DNA from: Octopus sinensis
Lineage: Eukaryota
Length of the DNA stretch: 64,000 nt
Reading direction: 5' to 3'
Assembly: GCF_006345805.1 (NCBI RefSeq)
Contig: NC_043000.1
Coordinates: forward strand, 40,734,001-40,798,000
The notes beneath the pieces are model-generated. The model did no database searches. It was not told the DNA's origin and was given only the letters and a program-made list of their open reading frames with translations. The first letter of the stretch is position 1. Each line of letters starts with the position of its first letter. Below, piece by piece: positions 52,574 to 64,000 of this stretch. Made by a program: the position numbers and the translations under genes.

Positions 52574-52637
52574 ACAATCTGGTAACTACACTGAAGCTGA
52601 AGATTTTTACCAAAGGGCTACACAGCTGAATCCTCAA
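52574..52637 (+). CDS. TMTC2: TMTC2-like exon (QSGNYTEAEDFYQRATQLNPQ)
   Basis: ttttcctttccAG acceptor, GTAAGG donor, phase 2 to 0; resembles QASLNEAAEKYYDLAARLRPN. Confidence 0.85.
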
Positions 52638-53956
52638 GTAAGGAACTGTTTAGAACTTCTCTCATTTGGGAATTTGGGGATGAATGTTGTTGTTGAGTAC
52701 CTGCTTGGTTCTGTTTCCCAGCTCAACCCTGATCAAATCAAGCAGAGCTTTGATCAAAATCATTCTGGCTGTAACCCTCCTGTCTTTTTCCTATGCTCAG
52801 AGAACCTAAGGCTATATTATATACTGTTGCATGGAATAAAAGGGTAGTGAGGTGGCAAAATCATTAATGAATCAGATAAAATGCTTAACAGCATTTCTTC
52901 TGGTTCTTTATGTTTTGAGTTCAAATAGCACCAAGGTAAACTCTGCCTTTCATCTTTTCAAGGTTAATAAAATACAGTATCAGTCAAGTACTGGGATTGA
53001 TGTAACCCCTCCCCTTAAAATTACTGGCATTTTGCCAAAATCAGAAAACATTATTGTTGTTGTTGTTAAGGTGACAAGCTGGCTGAATCATTAGCACACC
53101 AAGCAAAATGCTTAGTGGCATTTTGTCTTAATGCTCAGAGTTCAAATTCCACCAAGGATGGCTTCACCTGTAGCATTTCAGATTAGTTTGTCTAATGTAA
53201 TGCTTATTTACTGACATTATTTTGAATCAATCATATATTATCTCATAGCTTTGAATTCCAAGGCTGTGATTGTTTATTTTTAAAATAGCATTGTAGGGTA
53301 GGTGTGAAAGACTGGATATGGCTAATTTGAATATAAAAGTGATAGATTATCTTGGCTGGATGGCCACTTCAAATGCTAAAGGATTAAGCCAACCCATGAT
53401 CAAAGGTACTCCAACTGTGACTCACAATTTTTATTCAGGCACATGGTACAATATCCATTATGTTGTCCTGCTTTTTGTTTCTAAAGATAGTAGGTTTACC
53501 AGCTACATTTAGGAGCTTGAGTGACTTTGTAGAGGCTGTCTTATTAGTCATCTAGATGATTTTTCAAAAAGCATCCAGTTCACTCTGTGAAGTGGTTGGC
53601 ATTTGTAAGGGTGTCCAGCTGTAAAAGCCATGCCAAAACTTACCTCATCTGTGTTGGTGCCATGTAAGAAGCATTCAGTTCACTCAGTGGAGTGGTTGGT
53701 GTTAGGAAGGGCATCCAGCCATAAAAACTATGCTAAACAGATCAAATACAGAAGCATGGTGTAGGTCTTCTACTGGGTCAGCTCCTGTCAAACTGCCCAA
53801 CCCATGCCAGCATGGAAGGTGGATGTTAAATGATGATGGTGATGTTGATTTGTTAAATAGTTAGATGCATTCTGCCTCTGCTTATTTTAACACCCTACTG
53901 TTTACTCTGACATTGAATTGGCTGCAATAAAATTTTAATTTTGTTCTTTTCTACAG

Positions 53957-54094
53957 GTTGCTACAGCTCACATGAACCTTGGTGCCATCTTACAAATTGC
54001 TAGTATTTTCCCTAGTTTTTTTAAACATGAACAGCACAATGACCATACATATTTTCACAGAAGATTACCTCAAAACTTAATTGGTTGCTCATAA
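53957..54094 (+). CDS. TMTC2: TMTC2-like exon beginning VATAHMNLGAILQ; true 3' boundary uncertain (frame reads to TAA at 54092-54094)
   Basis: ttctacAG acceptor in phase 0; MNLGAIL matches the last TPR of TMTC2; similarity is lost after about 14 codons. Confidence 0.6.
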   Translation, partial: VATAHMNLGAILQIASIFPSFFKHEQHNDHTYFHRRLPQNLIGCS

Positions 54095-57019
54095 AAATCC
54101 ATTACAAAACCTCATTACATTCCCATCTGTTCATTACCACATCCCGAAGCATATAGCTTGTTTTATATATTCTGTAGAATATGTCAAAAACATGGATATC
54201 TTTTATCACTCATGTTTTTTTTACTCATGGTATGGAATATGTAAAATAATTTCACAATTCTGTGGAAAATAATGAAGAACTGTTGATAATGCTATAATTC
54301 TCTAATGAATTTTTATTCAGCAACCAATCAAATATCGCTGTCATCGTCATCATCTTTTAACATCTGTTATCCATGCTGGCATGGGATGGACAGTTTGACC
54401 AGGGCTAACATACAGAGAGGCTGCATCAGACTCCAGTCTCATTTTATATGTTTTCTACAGCTGGATGCGCTTCCTAACGCCAACCTCCCTGACAGTGTAA
54501 TGGGTGCTTTTACGTGCCACCGGTATGGGTACCAGCTGCATGAAACCGGTATCTACCATGACTACAATTTCACTTGACTTGATGGGTATTCTACTCAAGC
54601 ATGGCATATTGCCGAAGGCTTCTGTCATTTGTTATTGCCTCCGTGAGGTTCAACGCTCGAAAGGTGCTTTTTATATGTCACGGGCACGGGTGCTAGTCAT
54701 GCGACATCAGCATCGGCCATATTGCCTCCATGAGGCCTAACGCTCGAAAGGTACTTTGAAATGTAAAACTCAGAGCTACGATTTTAAAAACTTTAGATTT
54801 AAACGAAACGAGTGTTAATACAGGATTCTGGTAATGATTATCGGGGGCACCAGCTTGAAGAATTTATGTCAAATGAATCGACTCCAGTATTTATTTCTTT
54901 GTAAAGCTTGGTACTTATTGTCAGTTTTTTGCTGAACCACTAAGTTACAGGGACATAAACACAGAAATACCGGTTGTTAAGCAGTGGCTGGGGACAAATA
55001 CAGGCACATGCACACACGCACAGAGTTTCTGTTTTTCCAAATCCACTCACAAGACTTTAGTCGGACCGAAGCTATAGTAGAAGACACTTGCCCAAAGTGC
55101 CATGCAGTGGGACTGAACCTAGAACTATGTGGTTTCGAAGCAAACTTCTTACTACACACCACTCCTACACACACTTTGTAATACACAAGATCATTGTGCA
55201 CTCACCTGTGATTGTTCTTGTCCCAGTTACTTTCATTTAAAATGTGTCCCATTATTATGAGACATCCTGTATAATTACAAGTGATATGTAAACGACTAAT
55301 ATCTCTTTTTTTTACTCTCTTTTACTTGTGTCAGTCATTTGACTGTGGCCATGCTGGAGCACCGCCTTTAGTCAAGCAAATCGACCCCAGTACTTATTCT
55401 TTGTAAGCCTAGTACTTATTCTATCGGTCTCTTTTGCAGAACCGCTAAGTTATGGGGATGTAAACACACCAGCATCGGTTGTCAAGAGATGTTGGGGGAC
55501 AAACACAGACACACAAACGTGCACACACACACACATATATATATATACGACGGGCTTCTTTCAGTTTCCGTTTACTAAATCCACTCACAAGATTTTAGTC
55601 GAACCAAAGCTATAGTAAAAGACACTTGCCCAAGGTGCCATACAATGGGACTGAACCCGGAACCATGTGGTTGGTAAGCAAGTTACTTACCACACAGCTA
55701 ATAAATTTTATTGCCTCTACTTTAACATCTCTATGAACACGGTCACTTATGACTCTGGAACATAGAAAATAATCAAAATTTCAGAACAACAAACCAACAT
55801 AACAAACTAGAAAGGTATTGCTTTTCATTAATGGTTTATTTCAGTTTATATGAAATAATTAGAAATCAATTAAAGAATATTAGGTACCAGTTCTGATATC
55901 TAATTATAAATTTTAATAAATTTAATGTTATCGATTATACATTTAGGATTTCACTTGTTAGTTATTTAATTTCGTACACTTCAGCTTGTCGGCACTGTAT
56001 TGTAAAAGATTTGGCATTCTGGTTTGTGTGATTGTGTATACATAGACATTCACATATTCCTGCTATTTTAGAAATTTTCTCAAGTGTTTCAGTCGTTCTG
56101 GAACGAAAAAAGCAAATCGAATTATAAACAATTAAAATGTTTATCTCACCAGCCAAATTACAATGGAAAATTCACCATAAACTCTTAATTTTATTTGACA
56201 TTTTATCTCCTTTATATCTTGCATTCAACGATCATCATCCATTATGAAAAACTTTAAGATAACCTCTCTCCATCTATTTGTATATCTTTTTTTGATTATA
56301 TAAGAAAAACAACTTCAACAGCACCAAAAAACGTGTAGCGACTCTTATGCAACCAGATGAAGTTATATTTGTCCATTGTTTATCATTGGTTTGGTGGGCC
56401 CATATCAGAATGGTCCTTCCCAACCATGCAATGATAGATTAGCCCTTTCGCTACTATATTTCTAATTAAAATACACATTTTTTATGTGTTTCAATTTAAT
56501 TCTAATATAGTCGTGAATTTCTACTGGTTTCATACAACAATGATTTTTGGAACACAAATTAACAAGAGGTTCTTAAATGTATTGCATAATTTTTGTCTCA
56601 AAACGACTCGTAATTACTGGTAAATTCAACTAAATATAAAATTATTTCAATTTTGTTTAAACACCAAAGAAAATGAGTTACTAGCTAATATTCAAATGCG
56701 TGTACAACAAAATTTTAAAATCGATGAATTATGCACATTACTGAATTATCGTTTGAACTTAAATCCATATAAGACGGGTGTAGTAATAAAAGTAAAATTA
56801 GAATGAAATACTGGAATTTATGTTTGAAGATAACTAGAAAATGAAATACGGTTACCAGTAACTTAATAAAATAAACCTATAAACATACATAAATGCGCAG
56901 AAACTTATATAATAATGATTCATAATACAAAGTGATCAAAATTTGTCATTCACATTACAAGTAAATAAGAAATAAGAGGTAAATATTAAGAAAATTTTTA
57001 TAAAATCAGATAGTATGTA

Positions 57020-58850
57020 TATAAATCACACAATATTTCTATGATGGTAACTTGTAAAGTATCTCACTCTACGTAATGCAAGCTTGCAGATTGCACATTG
57101 GGAACTTGTTTCAAGGACCCGTCCACTGGGAACTTTTCTTTTTTTAATGAAGGCATTCAAGGCATTGCCTTTTGCGACTCTCAATTTTCTCTAATTTATG
57201 GAGGTCGGCTGAATTCAGAAGGATATCTCTCTGGTAGGCTTTAGGTTTTCTCATAACTATTTTTTGGAAGAAAAACCATGCTACATCTGTTCGGAACTGC
57301 AGATGATCGCATTGTTTCGAGCCCCTCCTGATTTGATGCTCATTTACTATAAACCAAACCAGGTACTGCCAACATCTATTACTCGGCTGATAGACCGGGT
57401 TATAGCTCATCATCTGATTCAGCTGATCTACACTACCCATATACTTGTTATAATTGAGGAGCACAAATGAGGTGCCATTTTCAGCTACATGTGGTTGCGC
57501 ACAAATTGAAAGAAAATTGATTTGTCTCTTATGTCCGTTTGCAGTCGCTAGCAAGTTTCCTTTCTGCCGTTGAACTATTTCACCTCTTTTTGTTGCTTTT
57601 CTTTTAGTATCCAACAGCATCCCATTCTTACTACTGTAGCACTTGTATATGTTGCCACAGTTTCTAAAACTATCGCAAGTTTTTCCGAACTGAAAATCCA
57701 GCGAAAAACTATTCGGCCTTGGTTATGGTATAGGAGTGATAAATTCCGTACTACATCGCACCCTAGGCCATCCTGGCTTACATTATTGTTTCTTTTCCCC
57801 GTATTAAAATTGAATCAAACTTCGATCCCCCATTTTGTGGGATTTCCTAGCATATACTGTCGGGATTGCACTTTACCTTTGTATACCACCATATTCTCAT
57901 CGATAGACAAGTATCTTGCTGGTTTTAAAAGTCTTTTTATAAGCGTTTTAAAAGTAGTCGATAAAGGGCCTTACTTTTAAATAAGGGATCGAGTTTGGTT
58001 CTGTATGTACTAGTGTACTGCTAGTGTCTCTTACATGTAGGTTTTGTGATAATTTAAAAAAATGTCTGTGTCACGATACTGGAAACCTATTGGTCCCCAA
58101 AATGTTCATTATTCTGAGTAGCAATCTTATTCCCATTATATTATTGATAGCAAACAAGAAAATTGTCGCAGTGCTGCTTGATAGTGGCGTCAGATGTGAC
58201 ATGCAGACCGTCATATAACTTGATAGACATTGCATTTTTATTCTTCTCTTCCGTTCTATAAATTCAGTGTGCACATGCGCATTGCGTATTCATACTTTTT
58301 CCGATTCGTACACTAAGCTGTTTACAGATCACAACCATCTCACGAACGCACGTTTGTGTGGAGCGCTTCGCGTTCCGATGTTTGTAAAAAAAAATCTCAA
58401 ATTTCATTTAAGCGCGTCGGAGAACACAAACGGTTTTTTTTTATCACATTGTTTATATTCTGCATAGCGATCAGTTTCCGCAGTAATTGCTTCGAATAAA
58501 CTAGAGGTTAAAAATATAGTATAATGGTTTTGTCTCCCTGAGAAAATCTGTGACTAGGTCCAGTCTCTTAAGAAAAATCAGTAAGAAAAACAGTTTTCAA
58601 ACTTTTGTCCCAATCGGGTACAAATACATTTTCTTTGTCACTGTCTGAGTTATCGTCCGAATCACTACCACTTTTTGGAATAAAAATACCCGATTCATTC
58701 TCACACACAATGTAGTTTTTGTGTTCACTGAATATTCTGTTTAATTTTTCAGTATCTTCGGTCGAAAATCCGTCAAATTCTGATTCACTACGTATCAATT
58801 TTCCGTCAGTATTATAAATTTTCAAAACAGCGGTGTGGAAAAATCTCAAA
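57020..58850 (-). mobile_element. Decayed piggyBac transposon
   Basis: Minus-strand motifs in order: acidic N-terminus (58568-58849), IMGI, LHVRD..KVRPFID, LSIDENMVVYKGK..RQYM..NPTKWG, YNKYMGSVDQ, RQCLEC..TSSQCAICKLAL..YFTSYH. TIRs not found. Confidence 0.9.
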
Positions 58851-58870
58851 AAATTCAGAGGTCAGATATC

Positions 58871-59104
58871 TGTTTCTTTATTACCCACAAGGGGCTAAAC
58901 ACAGAGGGGACAAACAAGGACAGACAAAGGGATTAAGTCGATTACATCGACCCCAGTGCGTAACTGGTACTTAATTTATCGACCCCGAAAGGATGAAAGG
59001 CAAAGTCGACCTCGGCGGAATTTGAACTCAGAACGCAACGACAGACGCAATACCGCTAAGCATTTCGCCCGGTGTGCTAACGTTTCTGCCAGCTCGCCGC
59101 CTTT
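58871..59104 (-). mobile_element. Young GGCGGCGAGCTGGCAGAA-family SINE (other copies at ~121-323, 29690-29890, 35090-35400, 45230-45320, 48170-48340, 50100-50320, 50660-50880, 52845-53160)
   Basis: Clean A/B boxes; exact 14-bp TSD AGAGGTCAGATATC at 58857-58870 and 59105-59118. Confidence 0.92.
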
Positions 59105-62100
59105 AGAGGTCAGATATCATGCCAAATAATGTGGGACACTGTAACTCAATTGTTAACGCAGTGAAATCACGTTTTTTCACGAATGTACTTACCAGATTTA
59201 CGCTGAAATTCCCATTTAAATAGGACTAGGTTATTTTGGCCGTTTTCAGCAGCTTTAACGGAATCAGTCGTGTTTCGCTTCAGATCGGCTGTAACAAGAC
59301 ACCTTTCAGCTGAACAAGATATCGATTTCTCGTATCTCGATTGCACCAATTTCTCTACTATGTGTGCACGTTTCTTTTTATTCTATTTCAGCAACATTTT
59401 CTGGTAACAAAAGACTCAAAAGAAAGTGTCTAGACTCTAGTGCAGACTCAAAAGAATGTAGTGATGAGATGTTCAATTTTTGGTTGTTTAGCCTTAAATA
59501 GTCCCTTTTTGGATCCAGCAAGGCTTTTTCTGTGAGTGGGAACACGATCATTCCTGTGCGTACCGATTGGATGCTTTAAGTCACTCAATCTAACCTTTTC
59601 TCACCATGGCCAAAATTTGGTCTGTTTTAGCCAACAGGTAGCTATAAATAAGAATGGTCTTTTGAGTTTAGTCAGTGAGGAGAGAATTGTAGCAGGATTC
59701 CTTGATGCTAATGCTTTGTGTTTTTCGAACATTTACCTTCAAGAAGCACTTTGAAATTGTATTTTAATTGATAGATATATTCATGTAATATCGGTTTGCC
59801 GTTTTTCCTTTAAGCGTCGGAATAAATGTTGCAGTCAACATTAACTTGTCTTCATATTTCTTGATGTTCTCTATCCTGACTCTTATTAAATCCGAAGATA
59901 TAATATTACCAGGGCTTTAATCACACTGCATCATATATCACATCGCTAAAAGAACATCATTCCAAAAACATGCATAATACTACTTCTACAATACGTTCAA
60001 CTCAGACCAGTTTTTATCAACGTTATGTTTCAAGAAATTTTTTACATTCCTCTGTATGGGTTACCGTATTATTAAATCTTGTACTCATACAATTATTTTA
60101 TAAGTAAATGTTCTGCTTAATCACAATAACCACCAGAATAATACACTAGTAGAGGTCTGTTCTTCTAGTTGTAGGTAGAAAATAAAAGAGAACTGTTAAT
60201 ATTTATAAATTACTGTTGCTGTCTCCCGCAAATGCAATAAGATGGCAATACCAGAGCCTCCAACCGCAAAACGAGGACATTACAATTTCTCACCATAGCA
60301 ACACTATGGCTAATGCCATGTATATTAGTTTTAATGAAGTGCTCGCCATTATAATCTCTGATAATCTCATGTGTTGATTCCATATATTTCTCGCAATCAA
60401 TACTGTTTCACAGTTGCAGAGTAATTATTTACACTATCTATATACTGAAAATACTGTGTAGGAGTTGAGAGAGATATGGCAAATATTTTTTTATCAGGTT
60501 CAGCTGCAATGTAGAGATACTATTGTTGGCTTAGTCCCAGATGATCTCGGATCGAGCAGTAGTCCCAGATGATCTCTGATCGAGCAGACCTATGATAGAA
60601 AGCATTCTAAGCATGGCCATCCCGTTTTTGTAAATCAGGGACAATGTTATACAATGTATGTCCTTTCTGTTTTAAGACGGCTGAATGTATCACTTGAAGG
60701 AAATTTGACTGATTATTTTAAGCATGGGTAGATCTGTGATGAATGCCGACCAGATGTGATCATCCACCCCTTCGTATATCGAACACTACATTCTTTAATG
60801 CATCCTGTACAATGGCGGTATGAGTCTGATTTGAGAGAGCTATTACACACACACATACGCATGTATCGAATTTGTATTTTACCCATTCCTTAATCATATA
60901 TTACAGAGAGTGTCAAATTTTGTAGACTGAATCCTTCTTTTATTATAATACGTGAATTACAATATATGATGTTTAAAATATATGCACCGTTATAAATGTT
61001 TTGTATGTTTGTTCTTTCTATTATGAAATCCTGCAAGAAATATCAATATTATCTTTCTACACAGAAGCATGAAAAGTAAATTTCCTGTGAAATAAATTTT
61101 ATCTTGAAATTATCTCCCCTTTCTTTGGAGATTTGTTAACAATTGTTGCTAGGTTTATGTTTTCCTTTTTCTCTACTTCTGTTATCCAGGATACATGTAT
61201 TTCTCTGAAAGGCTTACACACACACACACACCATGTGTTTTCTAAATACCCTTAGGAATAATTTATTTATTTTTACTTACGATTTCTCATGCATTGCGCA
61301 CAAACTGAAATAATAGCAAAAAAGAATTATTGTTGAAATTTGCAAGAGTAATTATTTCAAATACATAAACATACGCGTTATCTGTCAGTAATATTATTCT
61401 GCTTCTGAAGATAAGTGTTCGAGAGTTACGCTGTCAATGACCGTAACTGAGGAGAAGATAATCGATATATTTAACAGAATGAAACAAATCCAAGTATTAC
61501 GCTTGAGAAAAAAGACAAACTATTGAACGAAATCATTAGCAGCTTGAAATGATGTTCAAACCGACCAGTTTTGCCGTCCTTACAGCTCATTGGGTTTCGT
61601 TCTTTATCTTCCTTCCACCTACTGAATGTGGAGAGCGACTTATTAAAATAAACCATATTGTGTCAAGCGCGTCTTACTTACATGAAAGCATGGTCTAACT
61701 ATAAGCCTTGGTTTTACTTGAGACTAAAATATATATGCGTATGACAACTAAACATATGTATATGACAACTAAAATATGTATGTATAAGGCTACTAAATGG
61801 ATTACTGACAGAATTAGTCCAAACAGATGCACCCTCATATAACGAGTGAATATACTATAGTTATATATCTTTAGCGAAAATATTTGGCAGAGTCCCGAAC
61901 ACCAACTCATTGACTCGGAATTGAACCTGAATTATTGTGTTCGGACATAAAAAGAACTGAACAATAAACACGATGCCGTCGAAGATTGATGGCGTCAGAA
62001 AGTCTCTGATAAAACACACTGGGAACTGTTTTTTTCTTCTTTTATCAGTAGTTGACCAGCAAAAAATTACAATCGACTCATTCGGTTCCAGTTTTGATAA

Positions 62101-62469
62101 ACGACATATTGAAATTACATTAACAATTTTGTTTTTGGTGCATTTTCATTGGCAAACATTAGTTATAACATTAGTTATATAGATGATACGCCATCTAGCT
62201 AGTCAGTGATCGCTGACCAGCCAAGACCAATGGCCGCACGACTTATTCCATTCGACTTCGGCTACGAATGCAACGATGACGACGACCACGACAGTTTCAG
62301 GTCATTGAACGATGGCTACTATCATTACTGACCAAAGTCTCTTCTTTGTCCTTATTTGGGACTTTTATCATGTAACCAATTAAAATAGCCTACTGTCATA
62401 TATCTAATCTAAGTAGATATGCCTACATAATCAGTCCAAACAGATATACTTGTATTAGGCATCGTCACG

Positions 62470-63400
62470 ACACGTGGCCTAGTAGTTTGGATATTGCTCT
62501 CGCGATTGCAAGATTGTGGATTCGATTCTCGGATCGGGCAGTGCGATGTGTTCTTGAACAAAACTCATTTCATATTACTCTGCGATCACTACGACATGTG
62601 AACAGGCAACGTCGACTTGATAAGAGGGAGAGAGCTAATATGCTGCACAAACGTTTGATCACTATAAACGAATCATCAGTGCAGATTGTTCTGCAAAAAA
62701 ATGCATAACCGTCTCTCTCAGATTCGAGAGACTACCATAAGACATCATTATATTTGGTTATATGAAGTATAACTATATAACAGTATGAATAGATATGCGG
62801 TAGCGCATGGCTTAGTAGTTAGAGTGTTTCACCCACGATCGTAATATTATGGTTTCGATTCCTAAACCAGTTGATGCGTTGTGTTCTTGAAAAAACAGTT
62901 TTCATTTCACGTTGCTCCAGCCCACGCAGCCGGTAAAAATGAGTAATTGTGGGACGTACTGCCGTTCCGTCCAGTAAGTCGGATGGAATTTAAACGTCAC
63001 TGAAGCCGAAAGACTGGCCTTATGAGACTATGGCTCTAGAAGGACTTTTGGCCCTTTTTATTTTATTTTATTTTATTTTTTGTGTGATAAATAGATATAC
63101 TTACATAAACAAAATACAATTTTATAATCAATCTAAATCGATATACGAAAACTAAAGGATAAAGATCCTTTCCGAATCATACATACTCATAGTGCCGGTT
63201 TCTCGGTTTCCGTGGCGCATATATTCCCCCTGGATAGGATGCTGCTCCCTCGCAGGATTACTTATTTTTACCACCTGACTGAACTAGAGGAACATGAGGT
63301 AAGTCTTTTGCTGAAGAATACAACACATCGCCCAGCCGAAAAATCGAAACTACAATCTTACGATCATGAGCCCAACACTTCTAACCACTAAGTTACACTC
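62470..63400. mobile_element. Cluster of three decayed tRNA-headed SINE fragments (~62470-62700 +, ~62795-62950 +, ~63180-63400 -)
   Basis: TGGCCTAGTAG / TGGCTTAGTAG A-box-like heads with TTCGATTC B-box-like motifs followed by TGTTCTTGA. Confidence 0.6.
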
Positions 63401-64000
63401 CTCAAGTCAATAAAGAACAGTTGTATAACAGTGTATATGTATGTATATCAGGCTAGGTATAATGTACAGTCATATGATCAGTATAAAAAGATGAACATAA
63501 AATAAGGGAAGTGAATAAAGTATAGATATATAATCGTATAGGTAGAGGTACTTACGTTTTTCTTTTTCCATGCATTCTTCATCTTCACATTCCGCTATAA
63601 AAAAAGTGAGGGCAGAAACATTAAAAAACCACGTATGCTTAAATAAACAGGCGATTTACTTTACTGTAATCGAATTCGATATCCCTTGATTCTTGGGTTC
63701 AAATACCACCCAGGTCGAATAAGGTATTCGATAATATATATTAAAAGTGCTATATCCCGTGAAATCGCAAGGACAGTGAAATCGCCAAGATAGAGGACTA
63801 ATGTTCAAATCCCTATAGTGACAATGATGACTTTCATAATTAAGGTCGGAATAAAATAAATTAGATCGTAAAGAGATAACCAGATTACTTTAACTATTAA
63901 AATTATAAAGTTAATCAGTTTAGGAATGATTTAGAGGCGGTACTTAAATCTGATTCCAGTAGTATTAGAACAGGTTGATGTAAGATATATTTGATACAGT

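Noticed and set aside
55962-56100. Minus-strand candidate terminal exon RTTETLEKISKIAGICEC...
   Set aside because: No homology recognised and no partner exons.

Overview
AT-rich, microsatellite- and SINE-dense eukaryotic DNA. The repeat families look like those of Octopus/coleoid cephalopods (recognition from memory, not a database hit). The only host gene I can support is the 3' part of a TMTC2-like TPR O-mannosyltransferase on the + strand: 7 exons at 30073-~54000 with consistent splice phases. Its upstream exons are not visible, so 1-30072 may be one very long intron. The rest is mobile DNA: a near-intact R4/Dong-clade RLE LINE (one frameshift) and two fragments of related LINEs in (TAA)n arrays; decayed Tigger/pogo and piggyBac transposons; two Penelope-like GIY-YIG fragments; hAT and foldback MITEs; at least four SINE families; and a 1.4 kb AAAATTTT satellite. 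The most interesting signal is a set of minimal type-I hammerhead ribozyme motifs with palindromic stem III in several unrelated repeats. One lies inside a tRNA-headed SINE, one lies downstream of a Penelope endonuclease, and two families carry a U3-A8 core variant in tandem or partially tandem units. All folds were read by eye and are untested.
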